From contig NEEC01000018.1 of NCBI GenBank assembly GCA_002189035.1, forward strand, positions 186,001 to 250,000: a stretch of DNA of 64,000 nt, read 5' to 3'. Positions 39,600 to 50,624 of the stretch are shown here, piece after piece. This stretch comes from Utricularia gibba. Taxonomy: Eukaryota > Plantae > Magnoliophyta. The position numbers and the translations under genes are program-made. Each line of letters starts with the position of its first letter. Positions within the stretch are counted from its first letter, which is position 1. The notes under the pieces are model-generated. The model searched no databases. It was given only the letters and a program-made list of their open reading frames with translations, and was not told the DNA's origin.

Positions 39600-40000
39600 A
39601 AGGAGATGCACTAATTAAAAGTAGACTGCTTAGCATTTTATTTGGATTTAACTCTCCTATCATTTATTATTTATTTCTTGCTTGCAAGACTGACTATGAA
39701 GATATTTTTAATTTAGTTTTATGCAACTATTATATTTATTTTTAGCATGAGTGGTTAAATTAGGTTGAAAATGAGGATTTGCTCATTGCTTTCAATCCAA
39801 TGTGATCGAGTTTGTTTATTATTTTTGTAGGAAAGTTGGATAAATCCAAGAGGATAACTACCTAACTTAAAGGTAGACTAAAGAGTTAGATAGTAGAAAA
39901 GGTATGGGCAGACTTAGGCTCTCGTGTGGTAATTAATCTGTTAGGAGATATAGAATAAAAATATTGGTGAGTATACTATCACTAGAACTTTGAGGTGTTT
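39600..40000 (+). mobile_element. Degraded Athila-type LTR fragment
   Basis: catgagtggttaaa motif and an aggtagactaaagagttag block similar to the 58650/61661 LTR family. Confidence 0.35.
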
Positions 40001-40694
40001 CATTTTTTTTGTATGGATTAAAATTTAAGTTACAACATCTCTTTGTCCTTATCATTACTATTGCTATTTAAGTTTCACTTTTTTTTTTCCGAATAACCTC
40101 ATATGATTACCCTTTAGACGATTAAGAAGATAAGAAGATTGACATTGATTGTTCTCAAAACTGAATTCCACAAGTGTGCTCAACTATTGTCAATGAGCAA
40201 CGATGGGTACGAGGTCATTATCTATCTATTAATGAAGTATTCTGATCACAAACAATTCTTTATTAGTAGGGTTAGAGATGATGCTTTTTACCTTGCTCTT
40301 CATCAAAATTCGTGAGAAATGGTCAGCTATTTATCAATCATGACTAACAGACGTTATAGAAAGACTGTAATATGATATATGAAAATATGCCAAATGTGAA
40401 AAAAATTCAGAGAATAATTGAGATTTATGCTCTTGAATTTGAAGGAAACTTCTCAGACATTAAGATAGTTCAGCCACAAATGGCCATAATAAACATGAAC
40501 GAAATTGCAAAAAAGAAAAGTATTTTTCCTTCCTATGGTGGAGAGTAAGAACAAAAGTGATAGTGCCAAAAGTTCAAAAAAGGTCCGATCTAAGGTGTTC
40601 TAAGTTTACTTTAATTCACATCCCATGTTCTTTTGCTTCCTCTATTTCATTTCCATCATTCTTTCTATTTTGCTTGTACAGCCGGATTTTTTTA

Positions 40695-41037
40695 TTCGTG
40701 CAAGTTAGCATCTAATTATTACAGTAACCTTCTGACATGTCATAAGATATGAGTCCTGAACACTATAAGTCTTTCACCCACAATGGATCCAAGTCACATA
40801 CAGGTAATGAAATATTAGTGTTTTATCTCTTGCAAATCTCCTTCCACGCTTCAGCATTGTTTCCTGCTACTTTGAATGAAAGTACATGAAAAATAACATA
40901 AAAATATATAGAAATAATAATAATTGAATATTTCTAATAAAATATAATAGTTATTAATAAAACTCCTAAGTAGGTGATGTAATCCTAAATTAACATAAAA
41001 TAATATATAATAAATATATTAAAAATGACACTTAATA
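40695..41037 (-). repeat. 3' LTR of the Athila-type element
   Basis: Alignable to 52522-52848 (ctgacatg, cccacaat, aaatgacacttaa blocks) but strongly diverged. Confidence 0.6.
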
Positions 41038-41195
41038 GTCCATCCCATTATTTTGTGATAATAAATCAGCCATTCATATTACACAAAATCCAATGTTTCA
41101 TGAACGAACTAAACATATTGAGATTGATTTCCACATTTTATGTGAAAATTTTGATAAAGCATTCCTAGTTCCAAAGGATGTGCCTTCAACATCAT
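41038..41195 (+). pseudogene. Isolated Ty1/copia RNase H C-terminal fragment
   Basis: [30 protein letters not shown]. Confidence 0.8.
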
Positions 41196-41199
41196 GTTC

Positions 41200-41990
41200 T
41201 CCAAGAAGAAACTCTAGGCATGGTCCTTTCGTAACAGCACGTTGTATTTCAGAAATCCAAAGATCCATCTCTTCGTCGATAGTGATCTTCTCAGGGGCAT
41301 CTTCTTCCTATACTGGAGAAGGGATGAATGTAAATCAGGGATTGCCTTGTCCTTACCCTCTTCTCCAGCAATTTCCATCGGTTGTGGGGTGCTGTGGGCT
41401 CTCGAGAGCAGAAATTGCTGCTGGGGAGTTTGGCACTGAAGGTTTCAGCTCGTCAATAGCAATAGTAGCAGCAGCAGTAGTTGGGTACCACTCCAGGTAC
41501 AACACTAGAGACACAATAATCACAGGTGTGGCCTCAATAAGTGCATATTCCGGTGCAGCGCCTAGAGATGGTTCATGCTCAGGGGAACGGAAGCTTCTAC
41601 TGGGTCACTGGTGCAGCGACTCTAGGTTCCATGGGATGGTACAGCAGCAATAGTTTTGTGCTTCGGATTCGCTGCCTTAGCAGCACTTGTGCTTGGGTAA
41701 CTAGAGATGTGGAGTGGCCAGTCATGGTGAGAAAGAAAATTGGAGAATTTCAGGCGACAAGAGGAGGAATTGAGGCATAGGTTACAGCGTGAAGTGGGAT
41801 AATAGTCGGTAAAATGGGATTTCAAAAATAATGGAGTGGGAGATTGAGTGTGGAACCATTAAAAGAGGAAGTGGATGTGTGGGGTAGGTGAAATTAAAGT
41901 AACCTGAGGTAGTGGGTGATAAAAATGAAGAGAGAGTCATGGGTTACCTCTCATGCAGTGCCAATTTATAATCTTTGACTGATTGTAACA
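41200..41990 (-). pseudogene. Probable Athila extra (env-like) ORF relic
   Basis: Lies directly downstream of the integrase, with coding-like broken frames (e.g. [22 protein letters not shown]). The identity is inferred from position only. Confidence 0.3.
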
Positions 41991-41994
41991 CCTG

Positions 41995-44900
41995 TTAAAG
42001 GGCCTCAACTAGCAGTAAGCTGCACACACTATACGGCTGAAATTTCTCATAAAATGGCTTCAGTCGATGTCTATTAAATTTAATGTTTTTCCCTGTCTCA
42101 AATGAACGAATGACAACAACACCAAATGGGAAAACATTCACAAATTCACAAGGTCCAAGCCACTTAGAATGCAATTTTCCCGGAAAGAGTTTCAAAAGAG
42201 TATCAAATAAGAGAACTCTTTGACTAACAAAAAATTGTTTTTCATGCAACTTACTGTGGAAGCCTTTTACCTTTTCTTTGCTAGTCAGTTTGCATGACTT
42301 GACGGCCTAGTATGCCCCGTGATGAAGTTCAAAAGGAAGATTGCCTTACCATAGATCATTTGATATGGAGACATTTCTATGGGATTCTTGTAAGCAGTAC
42401 GGTATGCCCATAATGCATCATTGAGCCTTAAGCTCCAATCTCACCTATTTGGATTCACGATACACTCCAAGATACTTTTCACTTCTCTATTTGATACTTC
42501 CACCATGCCATTTGTTTGAGGATATCTAGCTGTGGATAGGCAGTAGTTGACTCCATACTTAGTCAATGTACCCTTGATGGTATGATTCACGAAATGATTC
42601 TATACTTAGCCAATGCGCTCTAAAATAATAATCTTGGGATATCCAAACCTTGGGATTAAAATGTTAGTCAAGAAGTGACCCACAGTTTTTGCATCATCCC
42701 TTTCACAAGCAATGGCTTCCATCCATTTAGAAACATAATCTACCGCAAGAAGGATGTAGAGGTTCCCATAAAGTCATAGAGGTTCCCATAAAGTCAATGC
42801 CTGATGCATCAAAGATCTCGCACATGATAATGGGTTGAAGGGGCATTCAATTTTTGTATCCAAAATTTCCTCTTCTTTGATAATTTGGGCATGTTTTGCA
42901 ATGAAGGTAGGCATCCTGGAATATTGTAGGCCAATAAAAGCTAGCCTCCAAAACCTTCTTTGCAGTAACTTTTGCATAAAAATATCCACCACAAGATAGC
43001 TCATGAGAATATGAAAGAATAAAGTACACTTCATCTTGGGGGATGTATCTCCTAATAACTTGATCGACATCAATTTTCTAAAGATATGGGTCGTCTCAAA
43101 TGAAATTCAGGCTATCAATCCTCAGTTTCTCCTTCTGGTAGCGCTGGAAATTTGCAGGAAATTGTCCAGTCATTAAATAATTTACGATTTCAGCGTACTA
43201 GAGACTCTTGTCATGGATCCTAAATAAGCATTTGTTAGGGAAGCTGTCATTGATAAGACTTCACTTTTCTTCAGAAGTGATGTAGATAAGATGATCTACA
43301 ACTAGATTCTCGCATCCTTTCTTGTCCTTGATTTCCAAGTCGAATTCTTGAAGCAATAAAATCCATCTAATGAGTCTAGGCTTTGAATCCTTCTTGGTGA
43401 GGAGGTATCTCACTCAAATAAGATCGAATAGACTCTGACTTTAGCTCCTAGCAAATAAGATCGAAATTTGTCCAGGGCAAACACAATGGCCAATAGCTCC
43501 TTTTTTATAATAGTATAGCTTTTTTGAGCATCATCAAGGCACTTGGACGCACAATGAATCACATGAGATTGTTTCTCCATCTTTTGTCCCAAAACTGCAC
43601 CTAGGCCAACCACTTCATAATCTCCTTCTTGACCACTTCAATCATTGAGGGGTTCAATCTCCTCTAGACCTGACGAATTGGCTTTGTTCCCACCTCCAAA
43701 TAAATGTGTTGACTACATATAGATGAGGTTATTCTTTTGATATCTGCCAATGTCCAGTCAATTGTCTGTTTGTGCTCCTGGAGCATACTCCTGAGTTTTT
43801 CCTCCTGTTCTAGGGTTAGTGTATTAGAGATAATAATAGCTAAAGTCTCATTTTCGCTAAGAAATAAATATTCTAAGTGATCAGGCCGGGTTTTTAACTC
43901 TAGTAATGGGGCATGAATAACATAAGGAATCAACTGTTTCTCAGACATTTCCAATCTTAGAAAAGCAACATCAGAAAAATGAGATTTTTCAGGCAAATAA
44001 TCAAGATAACTCAAAAGTTCAAATGAGAAAAAAGAAATACTATTAGAATGAAAGTTTTCTGTAAAGCATGTGAGCAAGGGATCTTGCTTATGAACCATCG
44101 TTAAGTATTCTACATCTGTGTCAGATGTAGATACTGAATACATCTCATTAATCTGGTGCGAGTACTACATGGCTTTGTCCAGAATGAAGTGTAGCACCTG
44201 TCCATTGAACACTAGAGAGATTTCGTTGTCTTGTACATCAATTTTGGGGCCTGTAGTAGCCATAAACGGTCGTCCCAAAATGATGGGCTCTAAAATCATG
44301 GGATTTTCACTCTCCATGGGACTAAAAAGTTAGTAGGAAAAATCAAATATTTAACATGAACAAACACATCATCAACTCTACCATCAGGCTTCACATGTGA
44401 TCTATCAGCTAATTGACAAACAACACTACTAGCCTCAAATTTACCTAGCTTAGATGCAAGGGAAAGATAAAGAGACCTAGGCATAACATTAATCGATGCT
44501 CCTAAATCACACATGGCAACTGAAAATTTTGTCTCACCAATAGTCACATGTATGGAAAACATACTTGGATCCTTAGACTTTCGTAGAATTCTCCTTTGAA
44601 TAGTTGATGAAATATTTTCAGTCAAGGGTATCACCTCTTTCACTTTTGTCTTCTTCTTGGGGTCACACAATTCTTTTAACATTTTTTCATACTTGGGCAC
44701 TTCCTCTATCATATCCATCAAGGGGATGTTCACATTGACCTTCTTCATCATCTCCATGAATGCGTTCAATCCACGTTTGTCTTTGCTCTTCCTTCGAAGT
44801 CTCATAAGAGAAGGAGTTGGAATGACCAAAGACTTGGATTGATCAACTTATTGTGTCTCCTTCTCCTTTGGATTTTCGAGTGGCACCGGTGCAGTAGTTT

Positions 44901-46049
44901 CCTAGACTGGAGAACCATCAAGATTCTCTAAAACGATTTCCTCATCCACATCATCATCATTGTCCAAGAGTTCTAATTTTTTTTCTTTAGGTGTCCTCCT
45001 TAGTCATGGACCCTAGGTAAGAGTCCGGAAGATCCTTCCTGCTTCTCAAAGATATTGCTTTGATGTGCTTTGGGTTCTTCACTAGCTAGGATGGCAGTCC
45101 TCCTTGCGTCTCTAGATGGTTCATGGCTTGCACCAATTGGGTGATTTGAGTTTGCATGCTTGTGATTCGTCCATCAATGTCTTATTGTGCAGCATGCATT
45201 TTCGTGGTGCTCTTGGCAAGAGACTTCACCATAAACTCCAGATTATGATTCGAATGATAAGGAACAAGAGGTTGATCGAGAACTCCAATGATCTGTAAAG
45301 GTTGACACGAAATGGTGATAGTTTTCTGAGGGACATCAGAAGGATTCCCTAGTAATGGGGCTTGACCAGGAGGTACTGATTGTCTCCAACGGAAACTAGG
45401 GTAATCTCTTCTTAGCATCTGGTTGTTTCCATAATTGTAGGTTCCTCCATGATTCTAGTAGAATGTATTAACCTCTTCTACTGGCATCTCATGTATCATA
45501 GGCCCTTGATCTGAATGAGAAGAAGTTAAAAATCCTTGATAAATTCCTTGTTGTTGGAGAAGTGAGTGAAAACCAAGCTTCAAGATATCACTCATAGCAG
45601 CAAATTAAGCTAAAACTTTAGAATTGTCCAACTTGTGTACTGATTTGATTGGCTGTGAAATTCCTTTGGGTGATTAATATGAATGGTCATATCAACTGGA
45701 ATTAAAATAAGAATTAGCAGCCATTTTTTCTATCAATCTTTGGGCGTTAGCACTGTGGTGGTTCTCTAGTAATGACCCATTACAAACGGCATTCGATCAT
45801 GGGGGTCAATCCTTGGTAAAAATGCTGTAATATTTGACCTTCAATAAGTCCATGCTGTGTATAAGTATTACAGATCCGGTTGAATCTATCATATTACTCT
45901 TGCAAATTCTCTCCTTCACTTTGTAGCATGGTGGCTAAAGCTCTTCTTCCTACAGAGGCTCTTCCTAGGTACGCATATCGATCAATAACTTTCTAAACCA
46001 TTTATTGCCAAGTTGTAACACAGAGCAGTGGTAGTCCAGTCCGTACAAC
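41995..46049 (-). pseudogene. Athila gag-pol pseudogene (gag core, protease, RNase H, integrase) with the RT deleted
   Basis: gag EGENLQE*YDRF..HGL..FYQGL; protease AMCDLGASINVMP..QLADRS; RRLNPSMIEVVKKEI fused directly to the RNase H segment GLGAVLGQ..KELLAIVFALDKFRSYLLG; integrase GFYWPTIFQDA and LKLFPGKLHSKWLGP. Confidence 0.9.
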
Positions 46050-47300
46050 TGTTGGGTTTCTCGTAGACATCGTATGTCTCAAAAGCAGCGGAATTTTAAA
46101 ATTTTGAGAAACCTCAAACGCAGATCTTGGAATACGATATACATCAGATGAAGGGATGTTCAAAATACCTTTCAAATGACTCCGTTGTTCACCAACTGCC
46201 AATAGCAGACGGCCTCTATGGTATCCACACGTGGAGCACTCCGTCGATAACCTTCTCAAGGCTCTTGAATGATGGTCGAATTCCTCAGGTACTAGTAGAT
46301 AAGAACGCCTCCTTGTGGATCAGTCTCAGAGAGCACGGAGACCTTGGAGCAAATCTCAAAATCTAAATCTTTTTTATAGATATTTTGTGACATATCAAAT
46401 CATATCTCTATAAGATCTTTTATTTTGAGTTTAATCAATATTAATCTCAAAATAGCTATCTATTTAATTTATCCACTTTACCAATTACATCTCATGTAAT
46501 TGTGTCATTCTATTTTATATCGATGAGTGAACCCACTATTGTGTGTGACCCTATAGGCTTCTTCAATCAAGGCTGTAATAATAGATTTATTAATTAACTC
46601 TTAATTAATCAAATCCATCATTATCAATCATGAGTGATGTCTAGCAACATATCATTATTCCCAAGATTAAAGAATAATTAGGTGAACTGATTGAGCCTTT
46701 TCATGACCAGCCACCATGCAATGAACAGATTTCATCATATTTATATCTCATTCGATACCAGAACATGAGTTTGTGTCTTTCTAATGTATCGAACTTATAA
46801 TTGCATTCAAGCACTAACACTCAATGACCTACTCAAACAATTTGAGTGTCATTACCCTTGGCCCAGGACTTACTGTTAGGCTTTGATGCAATTACTTGAG
46901 ATATGATCTCATAGCTAACATGAGTGATGTATCCTTTATTGATCAATCAACTATCTCCAATCTTAAGGAGTCACATCCCTAGTCATCCATACTAGGGAAG
47001 CCATGGTTAGGCTCCCATTAGTAATGAGCGAAAATGTGAGCTTAAGATCAAGATAACTTTGTTGACCTCAAGTCTAAGTTTACTTGCACGGCTATCATAT
47101 TCGAGATCTTGCTACTGACACTTGGTTAGCTTCCCATAGTAGCATCTCGAAGATGAGTCATCTAGTGAATTGATTCTCTAATCGACACCCATACATAAGT
47201 TCTAGTAATCTCATTACATCAATTGTGAGAAGCATTGCCTAAACAATTTAGGGAACTCAATGTGTGAAATGTGATATCCTCATTTCACAAATACTTGCAA
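46050..47300 (-). mobile_element. Ty1/copia Angela-like LTR, 5'-truncated, inserted in the Athila gag
   Basis: The minus-strand end is GAGAAACCCAACA at 46050. It is an inverted homolog of 59327-60578 (about 85-90% by eye). There is no PBS. The lineage call is from remembered LTR motifs and is tentative. Confidence 0.65.
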
Positions 47301-47366
47301 TTTTAGAATACGTGGTGCTGTGTCAATTAACTTATGTTGCCCGATTTTGGTGACTGTTGAGGGGAC

Positions 47367-48711
47367 ATGGATTTTTTCACAGAGGGTCATGTCATCTTGA
47401 GTGTGGCAGCAGTAGTTTTGTCTGAATACTTGGTGCAGATGAATGTGTTAGTATACTTACATTGGAAGAAATACCGTAGGGGATATAGGGTGCAACGCAA
47501 GTATTCGCTTACACACAAGATTCCTAGACAAGTTGAGTTTATTAGTAGGTTTGCGAGTGATGTGAATAGCGCATCCATTGAGAATTTGAGAATCAGCCGA
47601 GATGCGTTGGGTATTTTATGTAGCCTATTAGAAAATCATTCTAACTTAAAGGCTGGAAAATATGTAACGGTTCCAGAGATGGTTTGTATTTTTTTAGGAA
47701 TATTAGGTCATCATAAAAAAATGCGGGTGCAGAAGCATGTCTATGGGAGGAGCACCGAGACTGTGTCTAGATGCTTCCAAAAGGTGCTACACGCGGTGCT
47801 TTGCCTCCATGAGGTGTTGTTAGAGACCCCTGTAGTTGCTGCAGAATGTGCATCCAAAGGGAAGTTTAAACACTTCCAGGTAGACACATCTTTCATGCTT
47901 CATTTTACGAATGTGTATCCTAAAAATGATTATGCATCTGTAGGGTTGTGTTGGAGCCATAGATGGTACATACATCAGTATACGAGTTAACAACTGTGAT
48001 GCTGCAAGGTAAAGAAATCGAAAGGGGGTGATATCCACCAACGTGTTGGGTGTATGTGATGAACACATGAAATTTATATATGTGCTTGCTAGGTGGGAGG
48101 GGTCTGCTGCAGATAGTCGGGTGCTAAACGATGCACTCGCACGATCTGACGGCTTCCGTGTATGTCCAGGTATTTCACTTGTTTAGCCCTTGCACATGTG
48201 ATTCCGATGATTTTAGGCACCATGTATACGTGATGACACAGGAACATATTACCTATGTGACAATGGATACGCCAATAGGGAGGGCTTTTTGGCACCATAC
48301 CGTGGGGTCCGTTGCCACTTGAAGGAGTGGGGTCAGGGAAGTGGTGCGCCACAGAATGCAAAGGAGCTATTCAACATGCGGCATGCATCAGCAAGAAATG
48401 TGATCGAACGAGCTTGGGGCTTGATGAAGATGCGGTGAGGTATACTACGGACGGCTAGCTACTATTTCGTAGACACACAGAAACACATTGTATTAGCATG
48501 TGCTTTACTGCATAACCTCATTCGAAAGGAGATGGTGGTCGATCCCCTGGAGGATCAGGTTCCATTGGACTTCCAGGATGAAGCTGGGGATAAGAGTGAT
48601 TCAGAAGACGTCACGACATCTGCCGGAGGCAGTCAGGCATGGAATAGGTGGCGTGACCAGCAAGCCGAGAGGATGTACACCGAGTGGCTGGCATCCCGCA
48701 GACGCCGCTAG
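47367..48711 (+). pseudogene. PIF/Harbinger DDE transposase (3 exons, two premature stops)
   Basis: Exons 47367-47879, 47944-48169 and 48242-48711. Motifs GCVGAIDGT, RNRKG..TNVLGVCD, WEGSAADSRVL, YYLCDNGY, ELFNMRHASARNVIERAWG. Stops are TAA at 48010-48012 and TGA at 48436-48438. Confidence 0.93.
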
Positions 48712-48950
48712 TGTAGCACTGTATTAGTAATTGTCGTGCTAGTGGTTTTCTTGAATTCCCGTTCAAGACCTATCGTGTCGTTTTGTACTGTATTGCTAAG
48801 CACAACTATGTGCTTAGCAAAGCCATGTCCCAAAATCCCGTTTGTACTCCAACTTGAACTTGAAATTGCCGAGTATTTGGTAGTTGCTGCACAAATTGTT
48901 GGGATTGTACCATACTGTCATGTCTTAACATGATGGATCATTGGAGCCAA

Positions 48951-49385
48951 CACCGCGATCTTCAGTTGAGGTGCTACAGAGACTTGATGGACACCACATT
49001 TGTTGGTAGCACCACATGTTTCATCGTATCCGGTGCTGATAAAAATTAGATATTAGATGAGTGGGAAGCTGGTGCATAGTAGGAGGGTAGTTGGCAGAAC
49101 AGGAATGCGCCTTTTCACCAAACACCGTGATCTGTAAACTCTGGTGCTTCGGAACGCCTGGGCTATGCCCCGTTTAGTGCTGCACCGCATGCTTCCTCAT
49201 ATCCGGTGCTGACAAGATTTAGTAGTACATGCGTATGCACTTGGAGCATATTATCGTGGGTGATTAGTAGTACAATAATACTCCTTGTAATTAAACACTG
49301 CGAAAACATAATCCAGTGTTTATAAATACCTGAGCTACGCTACGCATTCTGCAGCACCGCGAAATGTGTATCCGGTGTTCTGAGT
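48951..49385 (+). repeat. Degenerate ~172-bp tandem array (2 units plus a partial third) between the transposase and ORF3
   Basis: Units start with CACCGYGATCT at 48951 and 49123. TATCCGGTG occurs at 49027, 49200 and 49369. Confidence 0.75.
49321..49328 (+). promoter_or_regulatory. TATA-like box upstream of ORF3
   Basis: TATAAATA lies about 350 bp upstream of the ORF3 ATG/acceptor at 49679. Confidence 0.35.
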
Positions 49386-49678
49386 TCCATAAACAAATCG
49401 GCAAAAAATATTGCAGTTATCTAGCATTAAATGAGAAGGGCGGTTGACAACCGCCCAGTGCTATTAATATCCCCACTGCGCACAATAAAGGCGCTTGACA
49501 TTGTGCACTTTCTAAAACAACTTCATTAACTCCTCCCATCCAACTCCACCCTTTCGGCAAACGTGCAGCAGCACCGTGAAAACCGATCCTCGAAAAATTC
49601 TCAAGAACAGCGTCGCGACTAACACGTGTTTCAAATTCTTCGTTGCCATCGTTGACTAACACGCTCCTTGTTTTCCAG

Positions 49679-50536
49679 ATGTTGAAGTGTGAGAAACTAC
49701 ATATTCGCTTCTCAATTCATGACAGTTACACGATATGGGATAAACAGCCGGGTGAAACGTCGGACGGCGAACCGTCATCCAGAGGTGGAACATCGGGATT
49801 CACTGTCACCACCGAGCACTTTCGGTGTGGATTGCGACTCCCCCGCCCCTTTCTTGGTGCAGATACTTGCTGCACTCCAGATCCCATTCTCCCACCTCAC
49901 ACCACGTTCTGTGGCGCACATTCTCACATTTCTGCAGATCTGTGAAGAAGAGGACATACCCCTGGAAATGCGTGTCATCTTTGCGGTTTCTGTTTGTGTC
50001 CAACACAAGGGGAGTCCGCACTACTCGCTTCATGGAAAACCTGGTGTGGTTCTTGTTATAGACGTGAGAAAGGCATATGATGATTGGTGGACCAGTTTTG
50101 TATGGGTATGCCCACCCACCGCTATAGAATGGTCAACAACGTTGATAGTGTCAGAGAGTGTAGGACACCCATCCGGTAACCATACAGAATAATTTCGGTG
50201 TTGCACACATCTTGTGCAACAGTACTCATGTTTGTTGATGTTTTTGTTGTAGGCATAGAGGTGTTGCCGAAACGTGCGGCAAGGAGGTTCGTGAATTTGT
50301 TCTCTTGCAGAACAAAGTCCTTTGGAGGACGTCTTGCCCCCTTCGTCAATGCCCCTAAGACACAGCATCTGTGGTGCGGAACCCCTCGACACCGTCGACA
50401 ATGTACGAGTACAAATGATGATCCTGAGGAGGTGACCCATGAAGAGCAAGAAGATGTGCAGCCAGAAGTCAGGGGCAATACGGATGGGCCAACACCGATC
50501 TGGAATCACGATGACGGGTGTGGTGCTATCCTTTGA
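49679..50536 (+). pseudogene. Third ORF of the PIF element: Transposase_28 / 'putative gypsy-type transposon'-like domain plus acidic tail, spliced, one frameshift
   Basis: Reads KLHIRFSIHDSYTI..PGE..HFRCGLRLP[frameshift at the C-run 49840-49844]APFLVQILAALQIPFSHLTPRSVAHILTFLQIC..GSPHYSL..LVIDV..DDWWTSFVWV. An in-phase 77-nt intron (50176-50252) joins it to GIEVLPKR..DDPEEVTHEEQED..*. Confidence 0.7.
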
Positions 50537-50624
50537 AGTGCTCATATCAGTTTAAAAGATGATTAGAAGACGAAATACATCTAGTCCATGACTCCAACAT
50601 AAGGCGGAGCACCACACAACAGAT

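Noticed and set aside
41093-41653. 186-aa plus-strand ORF as a gene
   Set aside because: It is chimeric: a copia RNase H scrap reading on into the antisense strand of the Athila extra-ORF relic.
50030-50545. 171-aa and 118-aa minus-strand ORFs in the PIF interior
   Set aside because: They are antisense shadows of ORF3. The conserved-domain pattern and splice signals are on the plus strand.
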